From NCBI GenBank assembly GCA_003223555.1, contig QHVM01000086.1:4596-68595 (forward strand): a stretch of 64,000 nt of DNA, written 5' to 3'. The stretch comes from Acidobacteriota bacterium (GTDB lineage Bacteria; Acidobacteriota; Vicinamibacteria; Fen-336). The position numbers and the translations under genes were made by a program. Under the pieces are notes generated by a model. That model ran no database searches and had not been told where the DNA came from. It saw only the letters and a program-made list of their open reading frames with translations. Every line of letters starts with the position of its first letter. Within the stretch, counting starts at the first letter, position 1. Positions 34,851 to 43,476 of this stretch are shown here, one piece after another.

Positions 34851-37800
34851 ATGTCGACCGCTAGGTTCTTGCGCCTCGCATCCGCCGCGTTCGTGCTGGC
34901 GCTCTGGATCGGCCGGGCGGACGCCCAGGAGATCACGGGCACGATCTCCGGGACGGTCACCGACGAGCAGGGCCAGGTGCTTCCGGGGGCCACGGTCACC
35001 GCAATGGACGAGCGCACGAGCTACTCGCGCGCCGGGGTCACCGACGCCAAGGGCAACTTCCTGTTCAGCGTGATGCCGCCCGGGACATACACCCTGCGGG
35101 TCGAGATGGCGAACTTCCGGACCGTCGAGCGCAAGCGGAACGTCCTCAGTCCCTCCGAACGCCTGTCGCTGGGCACGATCCGGCTGACCGTCGGCCTCGG
35201 CGAGAGCATCGTCGTCGAGGCGAGCGGGGCCCGGGTGAACACCGAGGAGACCCAGCATTCCGGCCTGATCACCTCCCAGCAGATCGAGCAGGTCCAGACG
35301 AAAGGGCGCGACGTCACCTCGCTCATGCGGCTGGTGCCCGGCGTGCGCTACGAGGACACCGTCGAGTCGCTCGGCGAGAGCTTCGGGACCCTGGTGCCGC
35401 AGGTCAGCGGCATGCGCCGCGACTGGAACCACATCACGGTGGACGGCGTGCTCGGCAACGAGGTCGGCCAGACCAACCGCATGGCGCAGAACATCAACCT
35501 GGACGCGGTGTCCGAGGTCAGGGTCCTGCTCAACACGTTCCGGGCCGAGTACGGCCGCACGGGGGGCGCGCACATCGAGATCATCAGCAAGGGCGGCGAC
35601 TCGCAGTACCGGGGCAACGCCTACTACTACGGCCGCAACGACCACCTGAACGCCAACGACTTCTTCAACAACCGGGCGGGACGGGTCCGGCCGCGCTACC
35701 GCTTCAACACCTACGGCTTCAACCTGGGCGGCCCCGTCCCGGGACTGAACAAGGACGGTGACAAGAAGCTGTTCTTCTTCTACTCGCTCGAGGCGCCGAT
35801 CACGGAGAAGCCGGGCAACCTGCTCCAGTGGACGATGCCCACCGAGCGCGAGCGCAACGGCGATTTCTCCCAGACCTTCGACAGCGCGGGCAAGCTGGTC
35901 GTGATCAAGGACCCGCTGACCGGCCAGCCGTTCCCCGGCAACATCATCCCGGCCAGCCGCATCAGCCCCAACGGCCGCGCCCTGCTCAACGTGCTGCCGC
36001 TGCCCAACACCCTCGACCGGAGCTTCACCAAGGGGCAGTTCAACGACCAGACGCAGTTCATCAACGACAACCCCAAGCTGAACAACATCCTGCGTCTCGA
36101 CTGGAGGCCGTCGGACAAGGACAGCCTCTACGCGACGATCAAGGACTGGCGCTCCGACCAGCGCGGCGTCGGGGGAACGGGCGGGGTGACCGCCGGTCCG
36201 GCCGGCTGGGGCTGGTTCAACGCCCACTACGACAACACGGACCGGACCTACAGCCTGAGCCATACCCACGTCTTCAGCGCCAACCTCATCAACGAGGCCC
36301 AGGTGGGCGCCCGCCGGCAGAGCGAGAACTTCCGGCCGGTCAGCGACGCCGACCTCCAGCGCCTGTCTCGGGCGGGGGCCGGCTTCACCCTCGGCCAGTT
36401 CCACCCCGAACTGAATCCGATCGGCGCCCTGCCCAAGGTGACGTTCGGGGGCAGCGCGACCCCCAACCCCCCGAACTTCACCTACGACAACCGGATCGTC
36501 GGCAACGGAGGCGTGGCCTGGGTGCATTCGTTCAACGACAACCTGACCTGGGTCAAGGGCAGCCACGCGTTCAAGACCGGGCTCTACTTCGAGCACCTCT
36601 ACAACACCGAGGGGAAGGGCTTCTCGGCCCAGGCCTCCTTCGCCGGCCAGTACGACTTCACTCCCGACAACAACAACCCGCTCGACACCGGCTATACATT
36701 CTCGAACGCCCTGCTGGGCAACTTCAGGACCTATTCCGAGATCGACGCCCTGCCCGAGGTGGACTCGCACCGTTACCTCGTCGAGTCCTACCTGCAGGAC
36801 ACCTGGAAGGCCTCTCGGCGGCTGACCCTCGACTACGGGGTGCGCTTCCTGTGGTTCAAGCCTTGGTACACCAAGCTGCCCGCGGCGACGTTCGCGCCCG
36901 ACCGCTACGATCCGGCCAGGGCGCCGCGCCTCTACCAGCCGGCCCGGATCAACGGCGTCAACGTGGCCCTCGATCCGGTCACGGGGCAGACGAAGCCCAA
37001 CATCTTCGTGGGCAGCTTCGTGCCCGGCACCGGCGACCCGTACAACGGCATGGTGCTCAACACCGACCCGAACTACCCCAGGGGCTTCCGGGACAACCAG
37101 GGGATCATGCCCGAGCCGCGCCTGGGCATGGCCTGGGACATCACCGGCAAGGGCAAGACGGCCCTGCACGCGGGGGTGGGCCTGTTCCACAACTCGCAGG
37201 TCACCGCCCGCAGCATGGACCTGAGCGCCGCCAACCCGCCGGCGGTGAACACGCCGCAGATCGCCTACGGCACGATGGAGACGCTGCTGGCCACGGGCGG
37301 CTTCTCGCTCCGGCCGAGCACGGCCTTCTCGCTGGAGCGAGACGCCAAGACCCCTAGCACGTACCAGTGGTCGCTCGGGTTCCAGCAGGACATCGGGTGG
37401 GGCACCGTGGTGGACCTCACGTACGTCGGCTGGGTCGGGCGGCACATGGAGCAATACACGAACATCAACGTCGTCCCCGACGGGGCGAAGTTCGTGAACC
37501 TGCACCCCGAGAACGCCAACCCCCAGAACCCGTCCACGGCCAAGCCGGACGACTTCCTCCGTCCCTATCTCGGGTACGGGGACATCCTCCGGCGCTCGAA
37601 CTTCGGCACCGCGAACTACAACGGCCTCCAGGTCCAGATCAACCGGCGCTACATCCACGGCCTGCAGTTCGCGGTCGCCTACACCTATTCGAGGTCGCTG
37701 GGCATCGCGGACGAGGACGAGTGGCAGGTCAGCATCGCCCGGCCCCTGAGGGCCTGGCACTACGCGCCTCTCAGCCAGAGCCTGACCCACGACCTCGTCA

Positions 37801-38384
37801 TCAACTACACGTGGGACATCCCGAAGGCCAGCAAGCTCTGGAACAACGCGGTCGTCCGCGCCCTCTTCGACGGCTGGCAGCTCTCGGGCGAGAACGCGTT
37901 CGTGAGCGGGGAGTGGGACCGCCTCGTCATTGCCACCACCGACAACTTCGACTTCACCGGCGGCACCGGCGGCAACGGCGCCGCGCTCCCCGGCGAAGGC
38001 GCGAACAACCTGCGCGTGGTGCGGCCGAACATCGTGGGCAACCTCACGGGGGGCAACCGCAACGCCACCCCGGGGGCGGACGGGTCCTGGCTGGATCCGG
38101 CGGCGGTGGCCCGGCCCGCGAAAGGCGACCCCGGCAACGCGTCGCGGCCGATCGACAACTGGAACCTCGCGTTCTTCAAGAATTTCGGGCTCGGCGGCAA
38201 CGGCAAGCGCCGCCTGCAGCTCCGTTGGGAGATGTACAACGTGCTGAACCACATCCAGTTCGCCACCATCGACAACACGGCCCGGTTCGACACGGCGGGC
38301 AACCAGGTGAACGCCGGCTTCGGCGAGGCGATCGCGGCCCGCAAGCCCCGCATCATGCAGGGCTCGGTAAGGGTCTCGTTCTGA
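34851..38384 (+). CDS. TonB-dependent receptor with N-terminal carboxypeptidase-regulatory-like domain
   Basis: Start MSTARFLRLASAAFVLALWIGRADAQE preceded by AGGAGGAG. It has the ITGTISGTVTDEQGQVLPGATVTA CarboxypepD_reg-like module, plug and barrel, and a C-terminal ..GSVRVSF. Total 1177 aa. Confidence 0.85.
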   Translation: MSTARFLRLASAAFVLALWIGRADAQEITGTISGTVTDEQGQVLPGATVTAMDERTSYSRAGVTDAKGNFLFSVMPPGTYTLRVEMANFRTVERKRNVLSPSERLSLGTIRLTVGLGESIVVEASGARVNTEETQHSGLITSQQIEQVQTKGRDVTSLMRLVPGVRYEDTVESLGESFGTLVPQVSGMRRDWNHITVDGVLGNEVGQTNRMAQNINLDAVSEVRVLLNTFRAEYGRTGGAHIEIISKGGDSQYRGNAYYYGRNDHLNANDFFNNRAGRVRPRYRFNTYGFNLGGPVPGLNKDGDKKLFFFYSLEAPITEKPGNLLQWTMPTERERNGDFSQTFDSAGKLVVIKDPLTGQPFPGNIIPASRISPNGRALLNVLPLPNTLDRSFTKGQFNDQTQFINDNPKLNNILRLDWRPSDKDSLYATIKDWRSDQRGVGGTGGVTAGPAGWGWFNAHYDNTDRTYSLSHTHVFSANLINEAQVGARRQSENFRPVSDADLQRLSRAGAGFTLGQFHPELNPIGALPKVTFGGSATPNPPNFTYDNRIVGNGGVAWVHSFNDNLTWVKGSHAFKTGLYFEHLYNTEGKGFSAQASFAGQYDFTPDNNNPLDTGYTFSNALLGNFRTYSEIDALPEVDSHRYLVESYLQDTWKASRRLTLDYGVRFLWFKPWYTKLPAATFAPDRYDPARAPRLYQPARINGVNVALDPVTGQTKPNIFVGSFVPGTGDPYNGMVLNTDPNYPRGFRDNQGIMPEPRLGMAWDITGKGKTALHAGVGLFHNSQVTARSMDLSAANPPAVNTPQIAYGTMETLLATGGFSLRPSTAFSLERDAKTPSTYQWSLGFQQDIGWGTVVDLTYVGWVGRHMEQYTNINVVPDGAKFVNLHPENANPQNPSTAKPDDFLRPYLGYGDILRRSNFGTANYNGLQVQINRRYIHGLQFAVAYTYSRSLGIADEDEWQVSIARPLRAWHYAPLSQSLTHDLVINYTWDIPKASKLWNNAVVRALFDGWQLSGENAFVSGEWDRLVIATTDNFDFTGGTGGNGAALPGEGANNLRVVRPNIVGNLTGGNRNATPGADGSWLDPAAVARPAKGDPGNASRPIDNWNLAFFKNFGLGGNGKRRLQLRWEMYNVLNHIQFATIDNTARFDTAGNQVNAGFGEAIAARKPRIMQGSVRVSF

Positions 38385-38400
38385 CGAAGCGCGTACACCT

Positions 38401-38664
38401 ATCTTCCGGTACTCGCTGGAGGCTCCGCTGACGGCGAGGCCGGGCACGCAGCGCAACTTCCGGATGCCGACCGAGCGGGAGCGGAGGGGCGATTTCTCGC
38501 TCTCCGGAGTCATTCAAGAACATCAGGATCAAGGGAGGTCTCACCACGCACCTTCGCATCGAGGCCTACAACGTCTTCAACCACAGCCAGTTCAACGAGG
38601 TCAACGTCAGGGCGCAATGGGATCAGTCCGGGGCGCAGGTCAAGCCCTCCTTGTGAAGTTCTGA
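38401..38664 (+). pseudogene. collapsed remnant of a paralogous TonB-dependent receptor
   Basis: Three pieces lie in shifting frames. IFRYSLEAPLTARPGTQRNFRMPTERERRGDFS matches residues FFYSLEAPITEKPGNLLQWTMPTERERNGDFS of the intact receptor. FKNIRIKGGLTTHLRIEAYNVFNHSQFNEVNVRAQWDQSGAQV matches FKNFGLGGNGKRRLQLRWEMYNVLNHIQFATIDNTARFDTAGNQV. A terminal ..LLVKF-stop follows. Confidence 0.6.
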
Positions 38665-38699
38665 CCCGGCGGTTCGCCGCCTGACTTCAGGAAGGCCCC

Positions 38700-40046
38700 A
38701 TGACCCTCTCGCGTCGCGACACCCTCAAACGGCTCGGCCTCGGCGCGGCCGCTGCCGTCTCTCCCGTTCTCGCTCCGCCCCAGAGCGCTCCGCCTCCCCC
38801 CTCTGCCGCACCCACGCCGAGCCCGGCCGAGACAGCCGACCGTGCGCGGCGCATGAAGTGGTGGCACGAGGCGAAGTTCGGGATGTTCATCCACTGGGGC
38901 CTCTACAGCGTGCTCGGTCGCCACGAGTGGGCGATGGAGAACGAGGCCATCCCGGTGGCGGAATACGAGGTGCTTGCGAAGCGCTTCAACCCCAAGCCCA
39001 ACGCGGCACGCGACTGGGCCCGCCTGGCCAAGCACGCCGGCCAGAAGTACATGGTCATGACGACCAAGCACCACGAGGGCTTCTGCCTCTTCGACACGAA
39101 GACGACGAGCTACTGCGCCGCGAAGCGGGCGGCGGGGCGGGACCTCGTCCGCGAGTACGTGGAGGCGGCGCGCGGAGAGGGCCTGAGGGTCGGCTTCTAC
39201 TACTCGCTCATGGACTGGCACCATCCCGACGGTGCTCGCTGCGAGAAGGACGAGGCGGCCCGGCGGCGCTTCGTGGACTACATCCACACCCACGTCCGCG
39301 AGCTGATGACGAACTACGGCAAGGTCGACGTGCTCTGGTACGACGTGGCGTGGCCGCTCGACGCGGAGGGCTGGGAATCGAGGAGGATGAACGAGATGGT
39401 GTTCTCGCTCCAGCCCGACATCATCGTCAACAACCGCAACAAGCTCCCCGGCGACTTCACGACGCCCGAGCAGCGGATCGAGGCGGCGGAGGAGGGACGG
39501 GCCTGGGAGGCGTGCATGACGATGAACGGGAGCTGGGGCTACCAGGCCGCCGACGACGACTGGAAGACGCCCAAGACGATCGTGCGCAACCTCATCTCGT
39601 GCGCCCGCGACGGCGGCAACTACCTGCTCAACATCGGTCCCCGGCCCGACGGCTCGGTGCCCCAGGAATCGGTGCGCATCCTGGAGAACGTCGGAGCCTG
39701 GACGACGAAGAACGCCGAGGCGATCCATGGCAGCGACCGCTGCCAGCCGCGCCGCTCCAACTACGCCAGCTTCACCCGCAAGGGCAATACCCTCTACATG
39801 CACGTCCACTTCTGGCCCGGGGACACGGTGGCGCTCGCCGGCCTGCTCGTGCCCGTGAAGTCGGCCCGCCTCCTGGCCGGCGGCCGGCCGGTCCCCTTCA
39901 TGCAGGAGCCGCTGCGGGTCCGCTTCACGGGCCTTCCCGCCCAGGCCCCCGATCAGCCGGCGACAACGATCGCCCTCGAGTGCGAAGGGGAGCCCAGGCA
40001 GGACCAGTTGGCCGTGCGCCGGGAGAAGAAGCGCGAGCAGGTCTAG
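38700..40046 (+). CDS. alpha-L-fucosidase (GH29), Tat-exported
   Basis: Tat-like MTLSRRDTLKRLGLGAAAA, then WWHEAKFGMFIHWGLYSV and KYMVMTTKHHEGFCLFDT, the canonical GH29 N-terminal motifs. Confidence 0.9.
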   Translation: MTLSRRDTLKRLGLGAAAAVSPVLAPPQSAPPPPSAAPTPSPAETADRARRMKWWHEAKFGMFIHWGLYSVLGRHEWAMENEAIPVAEYEVLAKRFNPKPNAARDWARLAKHAGQKYMVMTTKHHEGFCLFDTKTTSYCAAKRAAGRDLVREYVEAARGEGLRVGFYYSLMDWHHPDGARCEKDEAARRRFVDYIHTHVRELMTNYGKVDVLWYDVAWPLDAEGWESRRMNEMVFSLQPDIIVNNRNKLPGDFTTPEQRIEAAEEGRAWEACMTMNGSWGYQAADDDWKTPKTIVRNLISCARDGGNYLLNIGPRPDGSVPQESVRILENVGAWTTKNAEAIHGSDRCQPRRSNYASFTRKGNTLYMHVHFWPGDTVALAGLLVPVKSARLLAGGRPVPFMQEPLRVRFTGLPAQAPDQPATTIALECEGEPRQDQLAVRREKKREQV

Positions 40047-40345
40047 CAGACCGCCGAAAAACCGCCCATGAAGGTCATTCGGTCCTCGGCTGAGAAGATC
40101 GGCGCGATGCCGACGCGTGGCGGGCGAGCCAGTTTCAGCCTCAAGTATTACTTGAAGCAACTTGTTCTGGACCAAGTACGAAAGGTAACAACGGCGCAGG
40201 CGAGATATAGCGGACATCGCGTCCGGCTCGCTGTGCGTCACCCCTCATTCGGTCCTCCGTGATTGTTTCGCTACGGAGGGTACGACCATGACCAGCCATA
40301 TCAGGCCTTTTTCCGAGGCCGGCTAGTCTAGACTAGGCCCGCGCG

Positions 40346-42166
40346 ATGAGGATGACCCGCCGCGAGGCGCTCCGTCTTGCCGCCGCCGGCCCCTTCGTGA
40401 GGCTCGGCCTCCCTCGGGCGCCGTCGCCCGGCGCGGCCGGGCTGGACCTCGACACCCTGAAGCGGGCTCCCAGCCGCGTCGTCACCGCCGGCGGCGTCGC
40501 GGGCACCGACCACCTCCGGATCGAGCGCCGGTGGGACGGCGACCTCTGCCGGTCGCGCCTCGTCAACACCGGACGCGAGGCGGCGAGGGTCAACGAGGTC
40601 GTGCTGTTCGACCTGGCGCCCGGCCTGGCGCCGGAGACCGCTCTCTACGGCGAAGGCTTCCAGATGCTGAGCCAGACCGGGGGCACGCTGGGCCGGCCGC
40701 TCGATCTCGGCGACTACACGGACGCTGGCCACTACAAAATGCCGCAGCCCGTGGGCATGCGCGTCGTGCACGGCCTGCTCACGCTGTCGCCGCCTCGCGG
40801 CGGCCATCGGCTGCTGGCCTTCGCGTCCTGCCGCCGCTTCGATGGCCAGTTCCGGCTCGGCGACGGGCGTTTGCAGGCGGTCGTGGACGCCGAAGGCCTC
40901 GCGCTGGGACCGGGCGAAGCATGGGAGCTGGAGGAACTGACCTTGCTGTCAGGGCCTGAACGGGAGCCGCTACTCGCCACGCTCGCCGACCGCCTGGCCG
41001 TGAACCATCCGCGCCTGCCTTCGGGCGCGCCGCCGGCCGGCTGGTGCTCGTGGTACTGCTTCGGCCCTCGCATCACCGCCGAACAGGTCCTGGCCAATCT
41101 GGACGTCATCGCCCGCGAGGTCCCCGGGCTCAAGCACGTCCAGATCGACGACGGTTACCAGCCGGCGATGGGGGACTGGCTGGAGACCGGGCCCGCCTTC
41201 GGGGGCGACGTGGGCGGCGTGCTCCGCCGAATCCGCGAGCGCGGGTTCCAGCCGGCGATCTGGGTCGCCCCCTTCATAGCGGAGAAGGGCTCGCGGCTGT
41301 TCCGCGAGCACCCCGACTGGTTCGTCAAGGACGCGGACGGGGACCCGCTCGCGTCGGACAAGGTCACCTTCGGGGGCTGGCGTCGCGGTCCGTGGTACGC
41401 CCTCGACGGGACGCATCCCCTGGCGCAGGGCCACCTGGAGGCCGTGTTCCGCACGATGCGGGAGCGCTGGGGCTGCACCTACTTCAAGCTCGACGCCAAC
41501 TTCTGGGGCGCGGTCCACGGCGGGCGCTTCCACGACGCGCGGGCCACGCGGATCGAGGCGTACCGCCGGGGCATGGCGGCCGTGCGCCGCGGCGCCGGCA
41601 ACGCGTTCCTGCTCGGCTGCAACCATCCCATGTGGGCGTCGCTCGGCCTCGTCCACGGCTCGCGCAGCTCGAACGACATCAAGCGGACCTGGGCGCGCCT
41701 CGCGGGAACGGCGCGGCAGAACCTGCTCCGCAACTGGCAGAACGGCCGGCTGTGGTGGAACGATCCCGACGCGGTCGTGCTGATGGGCGAGCTGCCGGAG
41801 AACGAGTTCCTCTTCCACGCGACCGCGGTGTACGCGACGGGAGGCATGCTCCTTTCCGGCGACGACCTGACAGCGATCAGCCCCGCCCGGCTGGCCCTGC
41901 TGAAGAAGATGCACCCGCCGACCGGCGTCCCGGCCCGCTTCGTCGACGACTCGTTGCGCGTCGGCGAGGTCGTCTTGCCCGACCGGAAGCTCTTCTGCCT
42001 GCTGAACTGGAGCGAAGCCCCCTCGACGCTCTCCTTCGTGCTGAAGGGCCCGCATCTCCTGCGCGAGCTGTGGACCGACGCAGAGCTGGGGCGCCAGGTG
42101 GGCGTCGTGTCGAGGCGTCTGCCGGGGCGGTCGGGCCAGGTCATCGCATGCCTCCGGACGCGGTGA
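40346..42166 (+). CDS. alpha-galactosidase-like glycoside hydrolase (GH36/GH27 clan D), Tat signal
   Basis: MRMTRREALRLAAAG start. GWCSWYCFG, VQIDDGYQ, YFKLDANF and WNDPD segments are characteristic of melibiase-type enzymes. The exact family and substrate were not determined. Confidence 0.7.
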   Translation: MRMTRREALRLAAAGPFVRLGLPRAPSPGAAGLDLDTLKRAPSRVVTAGGVAGTDHLRIERRWDGDLCRSRLVNTGREAARVNEVVLFDLAPGLAPETALYGEGFQMLSQTGGTLGRPLDLGDYTDAGHYKMPQPVGMRVVHGLLTLSPPRGGHRLLAFASCRRFDGQFRLGDGRLQAVVDAEGLALGPGEAWELEELTLLSGPEREPLLATLADRLAVNHPRLPSGAPPAGWCSWYCFGPRITAEQVLANLDVIAREVPGLKHVQIDDGYQPAMGDWLETGPAFGGDVGGVLRRIRERGFQPAIWVAPFIAEKGSRLFREHPDWFVKDADGDPLASDKVTFGGWRRGPWYALDGTHPLAQGHLEAVFRTMRERWGCTYFKLDANFWGAVHGGRFHDARATRIEAYRRGMAAVRRGAGNAFLLGCNHPMWASLGLVHGSRSSNDIKRTWARLAGTARQNLLRNWQNGRLWWNDPDAVVLMGELPENEFLFHATAVYATGGMLLSGDDLTAISPARLALLKKMHPPTGVPARFVDDSLRVGEVVLPDRKLFCLLNWSEAPSTLSFVLKGPHLLRELWTDAELGRQVGVVSRRLPGRSGQVIACLRTR

Positions 42167-42231
42167 GGTCCGGCCGCGGGGGTGGCCCCCGAGCCACCCG
42201 CCGTGTTACAGTACAGTTCTTCGTCGGCTGT

Positions 42232-42309
42232 CGGGGCGTGGCTCAGCCTGGCTAGAGCGCCTGGTTCGGGACCAGGAGGTCCCCGGTTCAAATCCGGGCG
42301 CCCCGACCA
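42232..42309 (+). tRNA. tRNA-Pro (anticodon CGG)
   Basis: Hand-folded. Acceptor CGGGGCG/CGCCCCG, anticodon stem CCTGG/CCAGG with loop TTCGGGA, T arm CCCGG-TTCAAAT-CCGGG, and an encoded CCA. Confidence 0.9.
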
Positions 42310-42403
42310 AAACATCGGCGACTTAATTTAATTGCAATTCCTTCGGTAGACCTCGGTGGACCCTGCCGTGACTCTGCGCTGCGACTGAGCGGGAACACGC
42401 GAC

Positions 42404-43012
42404 CTACCTGCCAAGGAGCACCCTCTCGAGCAGCAGGTGCGTGGGCCAGTAGACGATCACCGGGAAGAAGACCATGACGCAGGCGAGGTACGCTGGAGCC
42501 GGGATGCGCCTCTGCGGGCGCGCACCGGGGCCGAAGACCCAATTGACATTCTCCGACGGGTCGGTGAGCCGATAGCTCAGGAGGACCAGGACCTCGACGA
42601 GAGCGACCTGGCCGGACAGCGCACGCGGGTCATAGCCGAGCCGGCGCACCGTGAAGATCACCAGGACGGGGAGCACCACATGAAAGAGCGACAGGGCCCG
42701 CAGGAACGCCGGCTTGCGCGCGTCGAACATGTAGTCGGCGAGACCGATGAGACGCCTCCCGGTGACCAAGCGGGCGAAGAAGTCCACGTTCCAGGCCAGC
42801 TCCGGCAGGGCCACCGCCAGCGCCATCATGCTGGCGATGAGGCGGCTCTCGAGCCAGAGGGCCGGGACCATGGCCAGGAGCGCGACATCCGAGAACCAGA
42901 GGAAGTTGCCCATGCTGTAATACCGGAGATAGACGGGCACGAGCAGGCACACGAAGCCGGTGTAGGCGAGCTTGATCCAGAGGGGGATCTGAGCCGTCGC
43001 CTCCGCTGACAT
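42404..43012 (-). CDS. hypothetical integral membrane protein (last gene of the NRPS-strand operon)
   Basis: 202 aa with about 6 hydrophobic helices (LWIKLAYTGFVCLLVPVYL, ALLAMVPALWL, etc.). I recognise no family motif. Coding is judged from GC3-rich frame consistency and operon packing. Confidence 0.5.
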   Translation of the reverse strand: MSAEATAQIPLWIKLAYTGFVCLLVPVYLRYYSMGNFLWFSDVALLAMVPALWLESRLIASMMALAVALPELAWNVDFFARLVTGRRLIGLADYMFDARKPAFLRALSLFHVVLPVLVIFTVRRLGYDPRALSGQVALVEVLVLLSYRLTDPSENVNWVFGPGARPQRRIPAPAYLACVMVFFPVIVYWPTHLLLERVLLGR

Positions 43013-43057
43013 CGCCGCGCTCAGGATCGGGGCGCGCCTGGAGAGTGCAGTTCGGCC

Positions 43058-43411
43058 TCAGCAGGTGACGTGCACGATCACGTTGGTATCGGCGGGCAGC
43101 GCCTCGTTGATCAGCTTCACCAGCTCCGGCGTCGTCCTCATCACCAGCTCGACGCCGCGCCGGCGTGCCTCCTCGCGGAAGTCGTCCGGCACCGGCAGCC
43201 GGCCGTGAGCGCCCGTTCCTATCCAGAGATGCTTCGCGTCCCAGGGCACGTTCTCGGCCGGCGTGAGAGGCGTGTGCCCGAACTCTCCCTGCCTCGGCTT
43301 CGACGGTCCCTTCTTCCGATTCCGGATCGCGCCGCCCTCGATCACGATGTCGTGCTCGTAGGCGACGCCATCGATGGTGATTCGACCGAACGTGTACTCG
43401 TCGACGCGCAT
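43058..43411 (-). CDS. Mth938-like (DUF498) domain protein
   Basis: 117 aa from MRVDEYTFGRITIDGVAYEHDIVI.. through LWIGTGAHGRLPVPDDFREEARRRGVELVMRTTPELVKLINEA, which fits the Mth938/NDUFAF3-like pattern as I remember it. The long track ORF (to 44065) is rejected. Confidence 0.65.
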   Translation of the reverse strand: MRVDEYTFGRITIDGVAYEHDIVIEGGAIRNRKKGPSKPRQGEFGHTPLTPAENVPWDAKHLWIGTGAHGRLPVPDDFREEARRRGVELVMRTTPELVKLINEALPADTNVIVHVTC

Positions 43412-43476
43412 GGAAGCCCTCGTCTCCACCTCAGGGTAGCACCTCTCCTCGAGGCGTTCGTCGCCAGGGAGCAGAA

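Noticed and set aside
34641-38513. 1290-aa minus-strand ORF opposite the TonB-dependent receptor
   Set aside because: Same high-GC antisense artefact. The plus-strand product has a signal peptide, plug, barrel and C-terminal Phe, whereas the minus-strand translation is low-complexity.
40068-40262. 64-aa ORF in the low-GC spacer between the two glycosidase genes
   Set aside because: There is no recognisable motif, no RBS and atypical composition. It spans exactly the segment between the 13-bp direct repeats, so it is more likely non-coding.
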